A stretch of 64,000 nt of DNA, taken from positions 57,972,001 through 58,036,000 of the forward strand of contig OZ076409.1 of assembly GCA_964187785.1 (NCBI GenBank), written 5' to 3'. Source of the stretch: Amphiscolops sp. MND2022 (lineage: Eukaryota). The notes below the pieces were generated by a model. It saw nothing but the letters and a program-made list of their open reading frames with translations, did no database searches and had not been told where the DNA came from. This document shows positions 21,875-35,075 of the stretch, one piece after another; the first letter of the stretch is position 1, and each line of letters starts with the position of its first letter. The position numbers and the translations under genes were made by a program.

Positions 21875-23927
21875 GTGCTTGCTTGCGGAGACAGAGCGGA
21901 CAGCGTTAACAAATTCATTCTTATTCTCTCGCTCAATTGGCGTTGCTATGGTAACTAGGGATGGTGAAAGACGACGCTATTGGTCCGTAAAAATAGAAAC
22001 ATCTACTTTTCAATCAAGCTTAGTGACGCTGCCATTACGTTGTAAATATTCTCTTAAGTTGCTTAACTGCATTCTTAAGTGGATATTCACAACTAATCAA
22101 TCATTGGAAAACAATTCCACCATTCTCTTTGTATGTTCTTTCATTTTAGATTGTATGAATTCCGTTGGGACCTCGGAATTGAATTTCATTTTGATGTTTT
22201 CGTTTTAGTGTGGAAAAGAAAAGGGTCCCAGAGTTAAGAATGTTTTTACTTTGTTATTTAGATTCGTATGGAGTTTTCAGTTGACGAAACCGGAAGTAAC
22301 GGAACGGTTACGCATGAAAACCTTATACCGGAAGTTTCGTTCTGTCTAAAATCACTTTTGAATATTTTGCTTATCGCATTCATTAGACTAAAATCCTTTT
22401 GTTCTGATTATTTGCTCGTACTACAGTTAAACAAAGGTAAGTGATCAGTTAAAGTTTTTTACCTAGTTTTGCGGGGTATTGCCATGTCCTCGGCCTCTTG
22501 CGAACTTCGGAATTCCTCCGCAACAGGAAAAATCCCGACCGGGAGCGGGTCGTTACAGTTGTACCAGACCGGCGGAAGTGGGCAACAGCCAAAAAGTGGA
22601 TGACTCTGAAGTGTAGAAAATGTTGTACGAAGCAGCAACTTCCAGAAAACAAATACATAAGGAACCCAAAACATCTGTTCTCGCCCCCGATGATTGGAAC
22701 TGGAGGTGCGCTGCTTCCGATTGTCTAGCTAGAACAACAAACTCCGTCGTAGGATGGCTGGCACTTCGGTATCCCATCCTACTTAACCGGCGCACATCCA
22801 AAACTTGGGAAGGTGGTGACAGTGCTACAGTCCTAAAAAAAGGACGCTGTCAATCAGAAAAAGTGATATTTGCAAGTATTGTCTGATCAACCTAGTTTGC
22901 CAGGTAACAAGTAACGTGACCTTGACGAAAAATAGAAAAGAATCATGGAATCCTACAGTGAAAACAATCCATTGCCATTTCAGAGGTCAACCTCATCACT
23001 CTTAGCAAGAAACGCAATCGTAATGTACTCCGTTACTATAATTTATTTTTCGACATATCACTTTAAATAAAAAAACTAATACGAGAATCAGGGCAAGATT
23101 CAAGGGTTATTCAATTTCTTTCCCGCCCTTACCCACTCTTCTGCATCCCCGGAAGTGGAAACCTCTTTACACTTGTTAAATATTTTGTCGTTTGATGTGC
23201 GCAAAATTCGAACGTCATAAGAAAGTTATTTTTTGTTTCCTTCTGCCTAAACTTCAGACTTTGATGTGTAAAGCGCTTCGGTCGAAACTGAAATTTAAAC
23301 CATGTCGTCCGTCGAAAAAACGATGAGACACTGAGATGGTTGAGTTCGCAGGCGTGTTGGTATATGCTGAATTAGATCAGACGCACTAAGAGTAATGAAA
23401 TATGGGGTGAATTGAACGTGAGGTGAAATGAATGTAGTGTGAAACGATTTCGGGATGAAAAGATAATGGCGTGAAATGATAGAAAATACGTTTTCTCTCA
23501 GTGAAAAAATTCGAACCCAAGCAATAAATTCATTTTTTTTCTTTCCTCCAGGAGTGAACATACCAACTCACATTGCCAATCATCTACCTATACAACATCA
23601 AGATGGTAGATTGGTAGTTTAATGTCATGTCTAAGCATTATTGCATATCTTCCAAAAAATGGTACAGCAGTCTTGATACTATAATATCGGAGTTTTTGAC
23701 ATTCTGATACTTTTGCGAGTCGCAACGAAGGCCAAGTGAACGTTTTTGGAAGTCTCTGAGCTCTGATGTTTTTCGTCGGCAAACACAAGAGAGTTCATTC
23801 TTCAAGCGATAGAAATATTTGAGTGGGCTGTTTTGAACAGCATTCAAATGCCAACGTATTAGCAATTCAACATATTAATCAACAAGACGCCGCTTAGCTC
23901 CGGAATATTTTCCGTCAAAAATGTAAC

Positions 23928-23998
23928 GCACCAACACGGGTTTAAACCCATGACCTCGTGTCTGCCAGGCAGACGCACTACCAACTGCGCCATGGTGA
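23928..23998 (-). other. tRNA-derived sequence (pseudo-tRNA or SINE head)
   Basis: Minus strand has A-box-like TGGCGCAGTTGG and B-box-like GGTTTAAACC at tRNA spacing; acceptor stem and anticodon arm imperfect. Confidence 0.6.
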
Positions 23999-24274
23999 CT
24001 AGAATATCCAAATTAGTAATTACTAAGTGGAGTAATAAAGTGGATATTAGGCAGAGTTTGGAAAAAAACGCATCACAGATTATGATTCTCCTCCCCCATT
24101 AAATGTGGACGGAAAGTAACAACAATTAGTCCCCAGATGAATTGGTTAGGAAGAGTCATGACATAGCTATGAATGATATGGTTTGATCCGAATAGGCGTA
24201 TGGAAAATGATGTCATTGTCATTTTGTTTTGTGAAGTGATATTGATTCTAAGTTCCATTTTAGTCACCTAGTCA

Positions 24275-26661
24275 CCCGGGTTGACCAGGCTTGGGCATTA
24301 TTGTATTGCAATACATTTTTTTTGCAAGATTGAAAGACAATCAATAATTGCAATAACTTCAATTTGTACAATCAATTATTGCAAAATTAACAATTATTGT
24401 CTTTTATTTGACTAACTAATTCTAAGTCCCAGAAATCACAGTTTATAGGAAGAAACTTACTGGATTCAAAATTAAAAGGAGTCATATGGCTACGATAAGG
24501 TGTGAGTGTCCATTTGCTTCTGCTAATAAACCCTTCACATATGTTGGAGGTCGCAGATAACCAATTCAGGTCGTAACTTTTTCCATCTTCCATTCTGGGA
24601 ATTTTGGCGGCAGAAGTGCTCTTTCAGCAAAGGAAACACTTTCATCGATCGGTGTTGAAACTGCCAAAGTTATTTCAGAAGTTTCGAAAATTTTCAGAGT
24701 GTCTTTCTCTGTGATTGTCAAGTTATCACAGCATCCATTGTGAACTTTCACCACTGCATTTTCAAAACTCGGTGAGTGCACAATTTTGGATGTTGCCGCT
24801 AATTATTTCGTCATTCCTTCACTGAAAATTGGATTTCCTTCGAATTCAGAAATCAAGGCATCGAACAACAATCGATCATGCGCGAGTGCAACTGTGTTGT
24901 GCGTCCACGCATCGAAAACAATTGCAAATTTTTTCAGTAACATTTTGGCAATCTATTCTTCGGTTTTCTCAGTTAATTTCTGAATGTAACGAATAAATGT
25001 TCCTCTAGAAATGGGCTCGAGTTTCAAATATTTTTTAACTAAGGCTTTCTCGCAAAAACTAAATTCTCGCTGCTCCATAACAATCCATTCAATCCAAGAG
25101 AAGATGTTCACAGCTTTTTTAGAAGAACAATGAAATCCAAAAGAAGCCAATGAACTAGTTGAGGGTTGACCCATTTCTGGTAATCTAACTTGTACTATGT
25201 CTTTTTGCTTGTTTAAATGCGAAATCAAGTTCTGATAACCTCTAGTTTTAACTTGCCCAATAATATTTGAACAAATGTTGCACTTCCATTCATCTCTCTT
25301 GCTTGAACTTTCAAAGAAATGCGCACACTTTTCTTTTTTTTGTAAGTTGACTGGCCATTGTAGGATTAGCAAACGTTCTGAAATATACGCGTGTACAACA
25401 GGTAGTTACATAACAAACTGACCAATCAGAAACAATCTGCTATACAATAGCCAAACGAGCCGAGCATCAGCGCCTGCAAAATCGAGTCTCAATATTGTAC
25501 AATAATTGTCTGGTAACAATTTATATTGCAATTGATTTCAATGAACAATCAATAATTGCATTTAATATCATTGCAATATATTGAAAATTGTTATTGCAAT
25601 TGCCCAAGCATGGGTCGACCATCTTGGCTGTCTTGGCAAGATCTTGCCAAATTCTTACTACATTTTGGCAACCATCGATCCCATGGCAAGATTCCTATTA
25701 AGATCTTACTAAGATAATACTTATTTCAAGATCGTATCTTATCACGATGGGCAAATTTTTAAGATTATAAAAAAACACTATACCTTCGGTACAAGCAGCC
25801 GAGACTCAATCTAAAGGCTCATTTCACCCAACAACGTCTATTTCTACTCGTTTTCATAATCAAAATGCTTAAACCTGCTGAAAAAGTTTTGCATGCAAGA
25901 ATGTGTGAAAAATTACGATAACGTAGTATGGCTTCCAAAATTTTGACGAGAATCCTAATAACTGCTCACTTGTTTAGGACTGAGAAATGCGAATGAACCA
26001 AATGAAAGGTCATTTCAAGGGCTTTCCAAAACTTGTCGATTCCAGAGGCGGAGAAATATGCTCTCAAACTTCCAGACCCACTATCGGAAAGTTACAAAGG
26101 ATAGACCTTAAAATCCTGAAATTTTTGTAAAAATCATATTTTCAGCTTTCTTTGAGCCTGTTTCAGCAGCCTTATTACTGCTAGAAATGGCGGTCATTGC
26201 TCTATTTTGGGTAATGATTCAGCTCAAGGTTTTTCTGACGCCGTTGTTGGCGACAGTTTTCCAATTGAAAGAACAATATCGATATCGAAATGGTTGTAAA
26301 AATCATTAGGTTATTTTGTTTTGAGTGATGTCTATTTTATTTTTCCATAACTCCTAATTTAGTGGTTTTCTGATTCTACTTTTTCTCGATATCGAGTAGT
26401 TCGTAGCATTTTTTTCTTGCCAGATTCGGCTTCTTAGTTAGATTTCTCTTGCCATATTGGGCTTCTTAGTAAGATTTTTCTTGCCATATTGGGCTTCTTA
26501 GTAAGATTTTTCTTGGAAACATGGCTCTCTTGATAAGATCTTACTATGGCATCTTGCAATTCTTGGCAATATCTTGTCACGATCTTAGCTAAGATTTTTC
26601 CAAGATCTTGGCAAGATGTTGCCGAGATCTTACTAAGATATCCATGGAGGGTCGACCCGGG
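24275..26661. mobile_element. Non-autonomous TIR element with CCCGGGT(C/T)GACC ends and 2-bp CA TSD (CMC/EnSpm-like)
   Basis: CA|CCCGGGTTGACC at left and GGTCGACCCGGG|CA at right; many subterminal AAGATCTT-type repeats at 25620-25740 and 26420-26640. Confidence 0.7.
24286..25612 (-). mobile_element. Internally deleted hAT DNA transposon (transposase pseudogene about 24387-25372)
   Basis: TIRs CAGGCTTGGGCA / TGCCCAAGCATG; imperfect about 8-bp TSD GGT(T/C)GACC; ATTGCAAT subterminal repeats; BED finger WKCNIC...HL; FDAWT first-Asp motif; C-terminal CEGFISR dimerisation-like segment. Confidence 0.85.
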
Positions 26662-26663
26662 CA

Positions 26664-27347
26664 GCGCCTTTTCCTTTAAAGGAAAAAAGCCCGAATATTT
26701 CAGTCACTATTTTTTTTCGTCAGACAGCAGAATGTATGCGTAGTGAACACGTTTTTTACAGAACTACTAAACTACTGGACCGGCAAGCGGAAACGCATCT
26801 AAGGTAGTGCAAAGGGTCCCTCCTTTCGTGTGCTCAATTTTTAACGTAAGATACAAAAGCGGACAGGATTATAGGACCCTTTTTCAATTTTTTTCGGCAC
26901 TGTTCGACTTTTATTTGAAATTTTTTTGTCTCCAAAGGGTCCCCCCTTCAAATTTTGTGATATTGTGCAACAAACTGGACTTTCAAAAGCCCAAAACGTC
27001 CCCTTTTTTACAATTTTTGAAACATTGCGCTTTTTGAGCCTTTAGATGTTTCCGTCTTGTTCTGATAAATGTGAGACAAGTTTTCGATTAAATATATTAG
27101 AATTCAAACAAAACAAAAACACGGCGCTGTTCGACTTTTATTTGAAATTTATTTTGTCTCCAAAGAGTCCCCCCTTCCAATTTTTTGATATTGTGCAACA
27201 AACTGGACTTTCAAAAGCCCAAAACGTCCCCTTTTTACAATTTTTAAAACATTGCGCTTTTTGAGCCTTTAGATGTTCCCGTCTTGTTCTGATAAATGTG
27301 AGACAAGTTTTCGATTAAATATGTTAGAATTCAAACAAAACAAAAAC
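26664..27347 (+). mobile_element. Helentron/DINE-like non-autonomous repeat with an about 226-bp tandem duplication of its 3' end plus flank
   Basis: Similar to the reverse complement of 48458-49055 (AGGGTCCC blocks, AGATGTTCCCGTCT hairpin-like end). About 26895-27120 is repeated at 27121-27347. Confidence 0.5.
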
Positions 27348-28365
27348 GGTAACTCGAAAACAGTCACACTCTAGCTCACTATAGTATAATAATTCAATAT
27401 TTAGTAGAATGTACAAGTGTGCTGGGATTAGTCAATCGGAACCCACTAAAACAAAACGAGTTCAGATCTTGAATTCTCATGTTATCTCGTGAAAAGGATC
27501 ACAATTGTTGCTCGAAGACTTTTTAAACGAATTTTAGAAGTTTATATTTATCACAAATATGATTAGAAACTTCATCATCAGAATAATAAGTGAAGAAAGT
27601 TCTCTGAAACACATCTACCGTCTCAGTTTCATTTGTCAATAATGCTAGTCTTTAACTTTATAAATGTAATTTTTCACCTCTTAAACTCAAAATCTTTATA
27701 TTCAAGTAGGCTTTCCTTTAATTTAAAATCTTCCCCAAGAAGCAAAAAATCTTTTTTTTTATTTTTCTGTGGAGCACTCGATCATTCACTACTCGTACAA
27801 CTCTAGTGGTTTTATTCCACTGATACCATTTAAAGCTAAATCTAAGCGAAACCCCACCAAAAATAACAGCCTGTCCCGCACAAGGCCTTTGTAAAATGGT
27901 CACAGGAGTAGGATGTCAGTCATTGGGATAGTATTTGGAGTTCGATGTTCTTGCTGATGAGCATCAAGCTATCCCCCTCTATTGATCGAATAGCGACATC
28001 AAGACCGCGTCATTTGTATCAACTTCAAAAGTCAATCGTAGCGGTGTCAACTGACAACTTCACCACAACTGACAAACCCAACTGACTTCGACCACTACAG
28101 ACAAAACACTGATCCGTTTGAGTTTTTTACTTTGCAATTATGGCATTCCGAACCTACAAAACTCTGCATCTTCCGCGCGCCCTTAGGTGTTCTACTTAGC
28201 TGATGGCTTTCAAGATCAAATCCTGTAGGCGATCAAATCCTATCCAAAAATGTGGTGTAAAACTGGTGGTGTATCCAAAAATGTGGTGTTCTATAGGTGT
28301 ATAACCATTGCCACACTCGGTACTTTCGTCACCAAATATGAAGAGTGAGGCTTGTAAAATGTACC

Positions 28366-31300
28366 CTAGCTGCAAATCACACTACCGTTCATGTCGTTTT
28401 TGTGTAGCTCCTTGTTTGCCTTTTTGGCGTCCTCAATAATACAGTCTATCTCCGTATCTACTATGTGTTCCGTCGTTATGGCTAGTGGGTCCATACTGTC
28501 TTGGCTTTGGTCCGGTTGCTGTTGTATGGGTGAGTCTCCTGATGAACCGACGCTTTGTCTGTTTCGGATTACCTTCCGCCGCCCTCTTCCGAATACCCCG
28601 CTCTTTTTCTGTGGCTGGTCCATTGTTGTTGGTGTTCTGCCAGTTGTGTTTCTGGAGTCCGGTTGTTGCTGTGTCGACTTCTGGTCTCTGGAGCCGCTGA
28701 CCGATTCCGGGTATTTGCAAAACTCCATGGATTTGGTGAATCCGCCGTTTGGTCCTCGGGGCCCAGTTCCTCTGTTGCTCGGTTCTTGGATTTATTCAAA
28801 TGGGTTTACTTTTGTGTTTTTAATGTAGAGCTCTATTTTCAGAGGTTATGAATGAATGTTTGGTGCCTGATGTCGCTATTTGTGGCCTATTGGATGATGC
28901 ACTATCAAACTAAGGTTTCGTTATATTTTTTCCCAAGGATTGTAAATACATAGTTACTAACTCCATTTGTCACTTTCTTCTATTTCATGGGTAGCTGTTC
29001 AGAAGCTGGGTTCGGTAGCTGCGTTGAATGAGTATACCTGTAGGGTATCTTGTTTTACCAAAATAGAGTTTTTGTTACCTCTCAGTTTATCAAGACTTAA
29101 CATGTTGCTAATCTCGAAGTTCGATTCACGGCCGAAATGCATTTCCAAAGCTAATTTTTGAGCCACGTATGACGCGTTTTCGATATTACGTCGAGGGCTA
29201 TGTCTAAGGCTTAACTTGGATTTTCCCCGGCTTGATGATTGTCAATAATGTTTAATTTAGTGCTCTTACTCCACCTTCGATCAATCCCGTGGGAATATGT
29301 ATATACGGATTTTCGTATAGGAGACTGACATGGCGGTTCTTGCGAAACTCCCGGAGCGTTCTACCCGTAAAGGTGGTGGTTTTCTCCGTTCAAATTGCTT
29401 TTGAGATGCCTTTCAAGTTTATGTACTGTTCTAAAAATCTGACACCCGTTTTCCGTCTGTTGTTCTACAGAAACTTGGCGCCGGCCTTACTATTTGAATT
29501 TATAGGAAGTAAAAAATAAAATCTTCGGCCCTTTTCAAAGATTGAACCGATGAAAGTTCGGTTTACTCAGTGCCGGTAGTTGATTTTCGCTGTTTTAGGT
29601 ATGTTCGGTGTAACATCAAGAGAAATATCTGGCCACCAAAGACGTTTTGTTCTTCCTGCAGGTAATGCACTGCTGGTACTCCTAATACCGATTCATTGTA
29701 TCCACCGTCCATTGTTCTTGTCTTCTCGTCTGCGGTTGGAAACCCTCCACTTGTTGTTGATTTTCTCTGCGTCTAGATTTCCTATAGCTTGTTGGAGCTG
29801 TTCCTCAATTATCCATCTCTTGTTTCTGAGGATCTTTGGCTCATGGTGTTTTTCCATCGACAACTGAATTCACGGTAATTACCGTGTTTTACAATATCGC
29901 GCCACCTTCCGAACAGATTCCTTGTTTCAGCGGACGTGTCCGCTATTTCGAGGTTGTTTGTTGTGGCATCCGTTTCAATTTTATTGTTGGATTTTGCGCG
30001 ACTGTTTCGTGTAACAATAAGGCAATCAAAAGCTGTTCGTTCACAGGTTTTGGTTTGTTGGTTGTTTTGTGTGATGACGTGTTGGATGTGCCTTGCTGTG
30101 ATTGGTTCAAATGGTTGCCAAGGCAACCATCTTTGGTTACGAATTTGTAATGCAGTTTGATAGTGTTTATCACGTACTCTTTTTCGTATACGTTATCCGT
30201 TAGCCGTGCTGTGGACGGAAATCTGCTGAGAAGATTCGTCAGCGCTAAGTGTTTACCGGAAAGTGTTAATTGAAAAGTTTTCTAATCGGTCAAGCCACCT
30301 CGTTAGGCGTGCGCTGTAAGTTTTCATTGATCAGTTACGTTTAATTAATGGTTATAATGCTTGGTGGTCTGTGAGCAACTTCATCGTTTTACCGTAATTA
30401 TAGAGACGGAAATGTTCCAGTTTCCAAACAACTGCTAGCAAGTCTCATTCGTTGATTGCATAATTCTTTTCCGTGTCAGAAAAGAGTCGAATGGCGAGTC
30501 CAATCGGTTTTTATCCACCGTACGGTTGTTTTTGCCACAGTGCGGCGCCCAATACGTTCGTACTGGCGTTCGTTGCTATTACGTTTGGGTAGTTTGAGTT
30601 ATTTTGTGCCAGACACGGTGAAGCCGTGATTATTTGTTTCAAATTATTAATTGCTTTGGTGTGTTTTTCGAACAATTCCAAGCACTGTCTTTCTTGAGTA
30701 GTTGTCTCAAGATATTTGTTCGAACTGAAAAGTTTTCAATGTATTTCGACAGGAATTGGATTGCGCTTAGGATCGATTTTAATTCCCTTTCATTTTCCGG
30801 TTTTTTCAGTGCCTTTATAGCAATTATTTTGTCTTGTAACGGTCTGATACCATTTTGGTTCATTTTATGTCCGATACATTCGACTTCTGATTTTAATATT
30901 TCTGATCCCCTTTTGCTCAGTCCGTTGTTTTCCAGTTTTGGTATTACGTCCATTAGTTCATCCATATGTTTTTGTTTTGAGCCTTTTGTTACCACTATGA
31001 TATCGTCTAACCAGTTCGGAAGTTTGTTTTCCAGTGTCTGGTCAATTTTTTCTTGGAATCTGGTTGTTATGTCGGCTAGTCCCTAATTCCCTTTTAAAAA
31101 TCGATATGATCCAGTGAAATTTCCTCCTGTAACTGCAGAATTGCAGAGTTCAATTGCTTTTTTTCAGAGCTGTAGCTATCCATTTGCGTAGTCTAGGTCA
31201 AAACTCAATATCCAGAATCCAGATTTCGTCCGCCGGTCCGTCCGCTATTTTTCTGGATATCTTTCACTTCAATTCTTCCATGTTAGACATTTGTGCCTTA

Positions 31301-32464
31301 CTTTTCAGCGTAAATTCCTTCTGTTCTTGTCAGTCCAAGTCAATTTTTACTGACTTGTCCTCTTTAAGTGACCACTGCGGAGCTGGCGAAGCCTTTTTGT
31401 TGTTGTTTTCTACCGTCTAGAGCAACGTTTACTGTTGTTTTGACCTGGCGATTTATACTGTTGTCATTCACGTCCCGGTAATTTGTCGTTACCGGATTTA
31501 TTACAGTTGAGCTATTGAGTTTTGATTTTGGAACGAGAGTCACTGGTGAGCCCGTGTCTATTATGAATTTGATTAGTCTGGTTTTGACCGCTAACGTCGC
31601 TGTATAGAACGGCGGACCGTTTTGCTTTGTTTGCACCCAGTGAATGGATCTTCTGGTGTATTGAATGTATTTTGTCCGGTGTCCAGTCATCTCCTTCCGC
31701 ACGGTATGTTTCTTCTTCCGCTACGAGATTTATTTTCCGTGAACAGCGGCAACCTTTAGCATAAAGTTCGATTTTACCGCACTTTACACAATTCTTTCTT
31801 CTTGCGGGGCACTCATGTTGTTTGGACCAGTTACGGTCTCCGCATCTATTGCAGTCCATTTTTTTGGACTTTATGATCCTGTCTATATATTTTTTAGTTG
31901 GCTTAATTTTCTCTTCTCAACGTGTCGGACTTTCTTCCCCTCTTCAGTTTCTGGTGAGTCGTTTAATTTCTCATATCTGTGTTCATGTATGTCTTCAATT
32001 AATGCTTCGATCGCCAGATCGCTTTTGCGTGTTTTTTTTTTCAATTCCAAGTCTCTCGTGGATTTTTTTATGAGTGATAAAAGTTTCAATGCCAGCAGTT
32101 TGGCAGTTATGACATTTTAAAAAATCGCATTTTTGCCAACTGTTAGTTTTCTTTTGCAGACGTCTGCTGCTGATTCTCGGTTTTCTCTCTTGAGATCGAA
32201 AAAGTTGTCTCGGCTGTGTTGTACGTTTCTCTCTGGTTTGTAGTGCAGTCTAATTAAAGTGTACCGCTTGTACAAAGGTGGGGAGGTAGGTTCTCTTTCC
32301 CTTACTGTTTCAGTCATCTCCATTAGTGCATTTTGTCTTTTTGGTTATCGCAAATTATCCTTGATTTCGGATTCTAGCTGCTTGTGGTATTGTTGTTTAT
32401 TATAGCTGCTCGCGATATTTCCTTCGAAATTACAATTAATGAGATGTTGATTTTTTTCGTCATC
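28366..32464 (-). mobile_element. Decayed Ty3/gypsy element D (gag-PR-RT-RH-IN remnants), interrupted by element C
   Basis: Fragments CNRCG...CVKCGK, FIIDTGSPV, WLDDIIV, ELKSILSAIQF and WWP; many stops and frameshifts. Confidence 0.85.
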
Positions 32465-34358
32465 TGTGTTGACCGTGATTTAACCGTAAATCATTCGGTT
32501 CAACCGTTCCGGGTCTAAAATATGTATTCTCCAAGTCTTCATCATCGGGATCGTGGTGTGCGTTGTAGGACGGTTTTTCTGCTAGAGTGTCTATCTTAGA
32601 GGCTAGATTCTCTATCATTTTTAAAATCTCACGTTGTCCGATTTCCGTGTCTTTAATTCTTTTGCTGACGGACTTTTCTATTTTTTCTGATAACTCGTTA
32701 AAATCCTTGTCAGACAAGCAAGGGGTATTCTCAGTCCTCATGCTGGAAGACTCAGGTTCGTCTACTGAATTCACTGGGGAATCTCGCCTAGCTTTCCTTT
32801 TCGAGCTTCTCTCGGGCATCTTGTTCAAGTTTAAATTCTCAATTTTCTTTAGAAGGAATCTAAGTAGAATCTTGAGCAGAGAAATTTGAAGTTTTGAAAC
32901 TTTCAATTATTTTCAACAAAAGACAATTGCTTGCGATAAACAACAAAATTTTAACTAAATATGGCCTCTTGGTCCCATCATATTTATACCTTCCGATCGA
33001 GGAAGCAAGGAAAAGACACGCACATACTTCACATTTCGTTCAGCCCGGCGTCCATCCGAGGCAGGGAAAACGGAAATTCAGTTCCGCTTAGTCGAACTCA
33101 GGCTTTCAGTTTGTTCATGCTTCCCGGGGAAAGCAAGCGTCCACTTCCGGCCTGAGTTGCGACTTCGCTTTCCTTCCTCTCCAATCTCCCGCCTCTTCGA
33201 GACGCCGAACTGAACAACTAGCAAAAACACACGCTGTGACTCATCAAACGAAGTTAACAAACTGCACTAAATTTGGGAAGAAACGATGACAGTCAAATTC
33301 CTTTTACAGATATTCTCTAATTAAAATAAATTAGCAACGAAATGATAGAAAATTAAATGGAAAAAGTATGATGAACTGCAAAAGGGAGAGTAGAATCTTT
33401 TCTACGGTGTATTTGGTGATGTTTTAAATAAAACGGCAAAGCCTGGTCCCAGGCCATGGTCCTGGACGGACAAATTGGTTCAACAAAATACAGTGATTAT
33501 AAACAGTGTATAGCATCAGAGACATTATTTTATGGAATAATAAATGCAATTAAACGGTAACATGTTTAGGAAATGGTATATGCATGCAATTAACCCTTGG
33601 TTTGCATTTTGACATTGAGCCTTTGGCTCAGGCCACGGTTCAGGCTTATTTACTGATTAGACGCCATTTACATGTAAAAGTACATTATATGTAATATTCC
33701 AATCAACAGAATTATTTAGGATCATCAGTGATGGCTATTAGAGTTATTTCGAAACAAAGTTACATGTTAGCATCAACACTTTCTAATTTTGCGGACAGTT
33801 CGCTGTATTTTCATTCTCAGGCCGCGTCTCAGGCCGCGGTCCCAAATATTGCAATGAATAGGCGCGGGAATCTCAATTATTGGTATATATACAAAACTGC
33901 ACTGTCGATGAAGCACTGCATTAGCCATTAGTTTGTATGCATGTATTTACTGTAAGGGAATGCTTGTGTATTGGTTTACAAATCTCAGGCCGCCTGCCAG
34001 GCCACCGCTTTAGTGAGCGCATTTGAGGCCGGCCGCCAGGCCGCAGTTCCGTTCAAGAATTAATTGACTGCTTGTCAGGTTGAGTGTTTTACGTAGTATT
34101 GATATTAGCACTATGTTATTAACATTATTAACTGCACTTTAGCTCCGTTATTTGTAAGTACGTATTTAAATAAGTGTACATTAATATAGTAATATTAATA
34201 TATATATTTATTTATTTAATTGTTTCAAATTTAGCGCCTCTGTTTCTAATTGTCCCTTTGTTGTTTCTTTCTTGTTCTTTCCTCTCTTTTCCCAATTTAT
34301 TCTTTGAAGACTGGGTTACACATGTTGCAATACTCACAGCTTATGCGGGGCTGTGACA
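32465..34358 (-). repeat. 3' LTR of C (contains the duplicated gag 5' ORF, ATG 32819)
   Basis: Direct repeat of 46104-47997; all ORF-track translations inside are identical. Confidence 0.97.
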
Positions 34359-34857
34359 GTCCTCGGCTTCTTTGCCCAGTTCCCTCTGGAAGAAGAAATT
34401 GGGAAATGGATCGGATCGGGGTGTCGAACAAGGTAGGTAAGTCATCTCTCATTGAGTCATAAGAGCGCCAAGTGGAAATGCTGGACCAACTGCTGCCTGA
34501 CCAGTATCCTTCGGAGCTGCTGTCGGTCTCGCTGACCGGGCTTATAAATGCGTCGTCAGGTATGACTGGGCTGATAAATGCGTCGTCAGGTATGACCGGG
34601 TTTTCAGTCGTGAAGCGGCGGATAACTTTGTTTTCTGCTTCTTCGTTTATCATCTGTGGTAATTGGCTGTCGTGTACCAAGACGATGTGCTGGTCTTCGG
34701 TTTTAATAATTTCGTAAATAGTAGGACAGCGTGCAGGATTATTTAACTGATAATTAGGCGGCGGTGTACCGGGCCTTTGGTTGGGTTGCTGCTGTTCATC
34801 TCGGTCAAGAATAAAAACATTTTCGTTTAGTTGGCTGCTTGAGTTTGCGTGATTCAT
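34297..34857 (-). CDS. Unknown 186-aa sense-strand accessory ORF of C, ending inside the 3' LTR
   Basis: ATG ORF at the same position as B's 315-aa ORF; TATATAA on the - strand at about 34981-34987; internal 30-bp duplication (PVIPDDAFIS x2). Confidence 0.62.
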   Translation of the reverse strand: MNHANSSSQLNENVFILDRDEQQQPNQRPGTPPPNYQLNNPARCPTIYEIIKTEDQHIVLVHDSQLPQMINEEAENKVIRRFTTENPVIPDDAFISPVIPDDAFISPVSETDSSSEGYWSGSSWSSISTWRSYDSMRDDLPTLFDTPIRSISQFLLPEGTGQRSRGLSQPRISCEYCNMCNPVFKE

Positions 34858-35075
34858 TGTAGTGTCAACTAAGCGTCAGTCAATTTTGTAGTACAACTGA
34901 TTTGCTCCGCTTGGAAGATTCGTTCACACGGTTTGTGTTAACTCCATGAATTGTTCAGCTGGCAGACTGAACAAATCTCCTTATATAGTAGATAACTTTT
35001 GATATTAGTAATTCCTTGTTTTACGCCACATCTTCTTTGGTTTTATGCTGATTGCTATTTTTAGATTGTTTGATA

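Noticed and set aside
22280..22445. Host promoter and first exon (CCGGAAGT motifs, AAAG|GTAAGT donor)
   Set aside because: Suggestive only; no downstream coding exon could be linked.
23928..23998. Functional tRNA gene
   Set aside because: Acceptor stem and anticodon loop are irregular and the T-loop is mutated (GGTTTAA); kept only as tRNA-derived.
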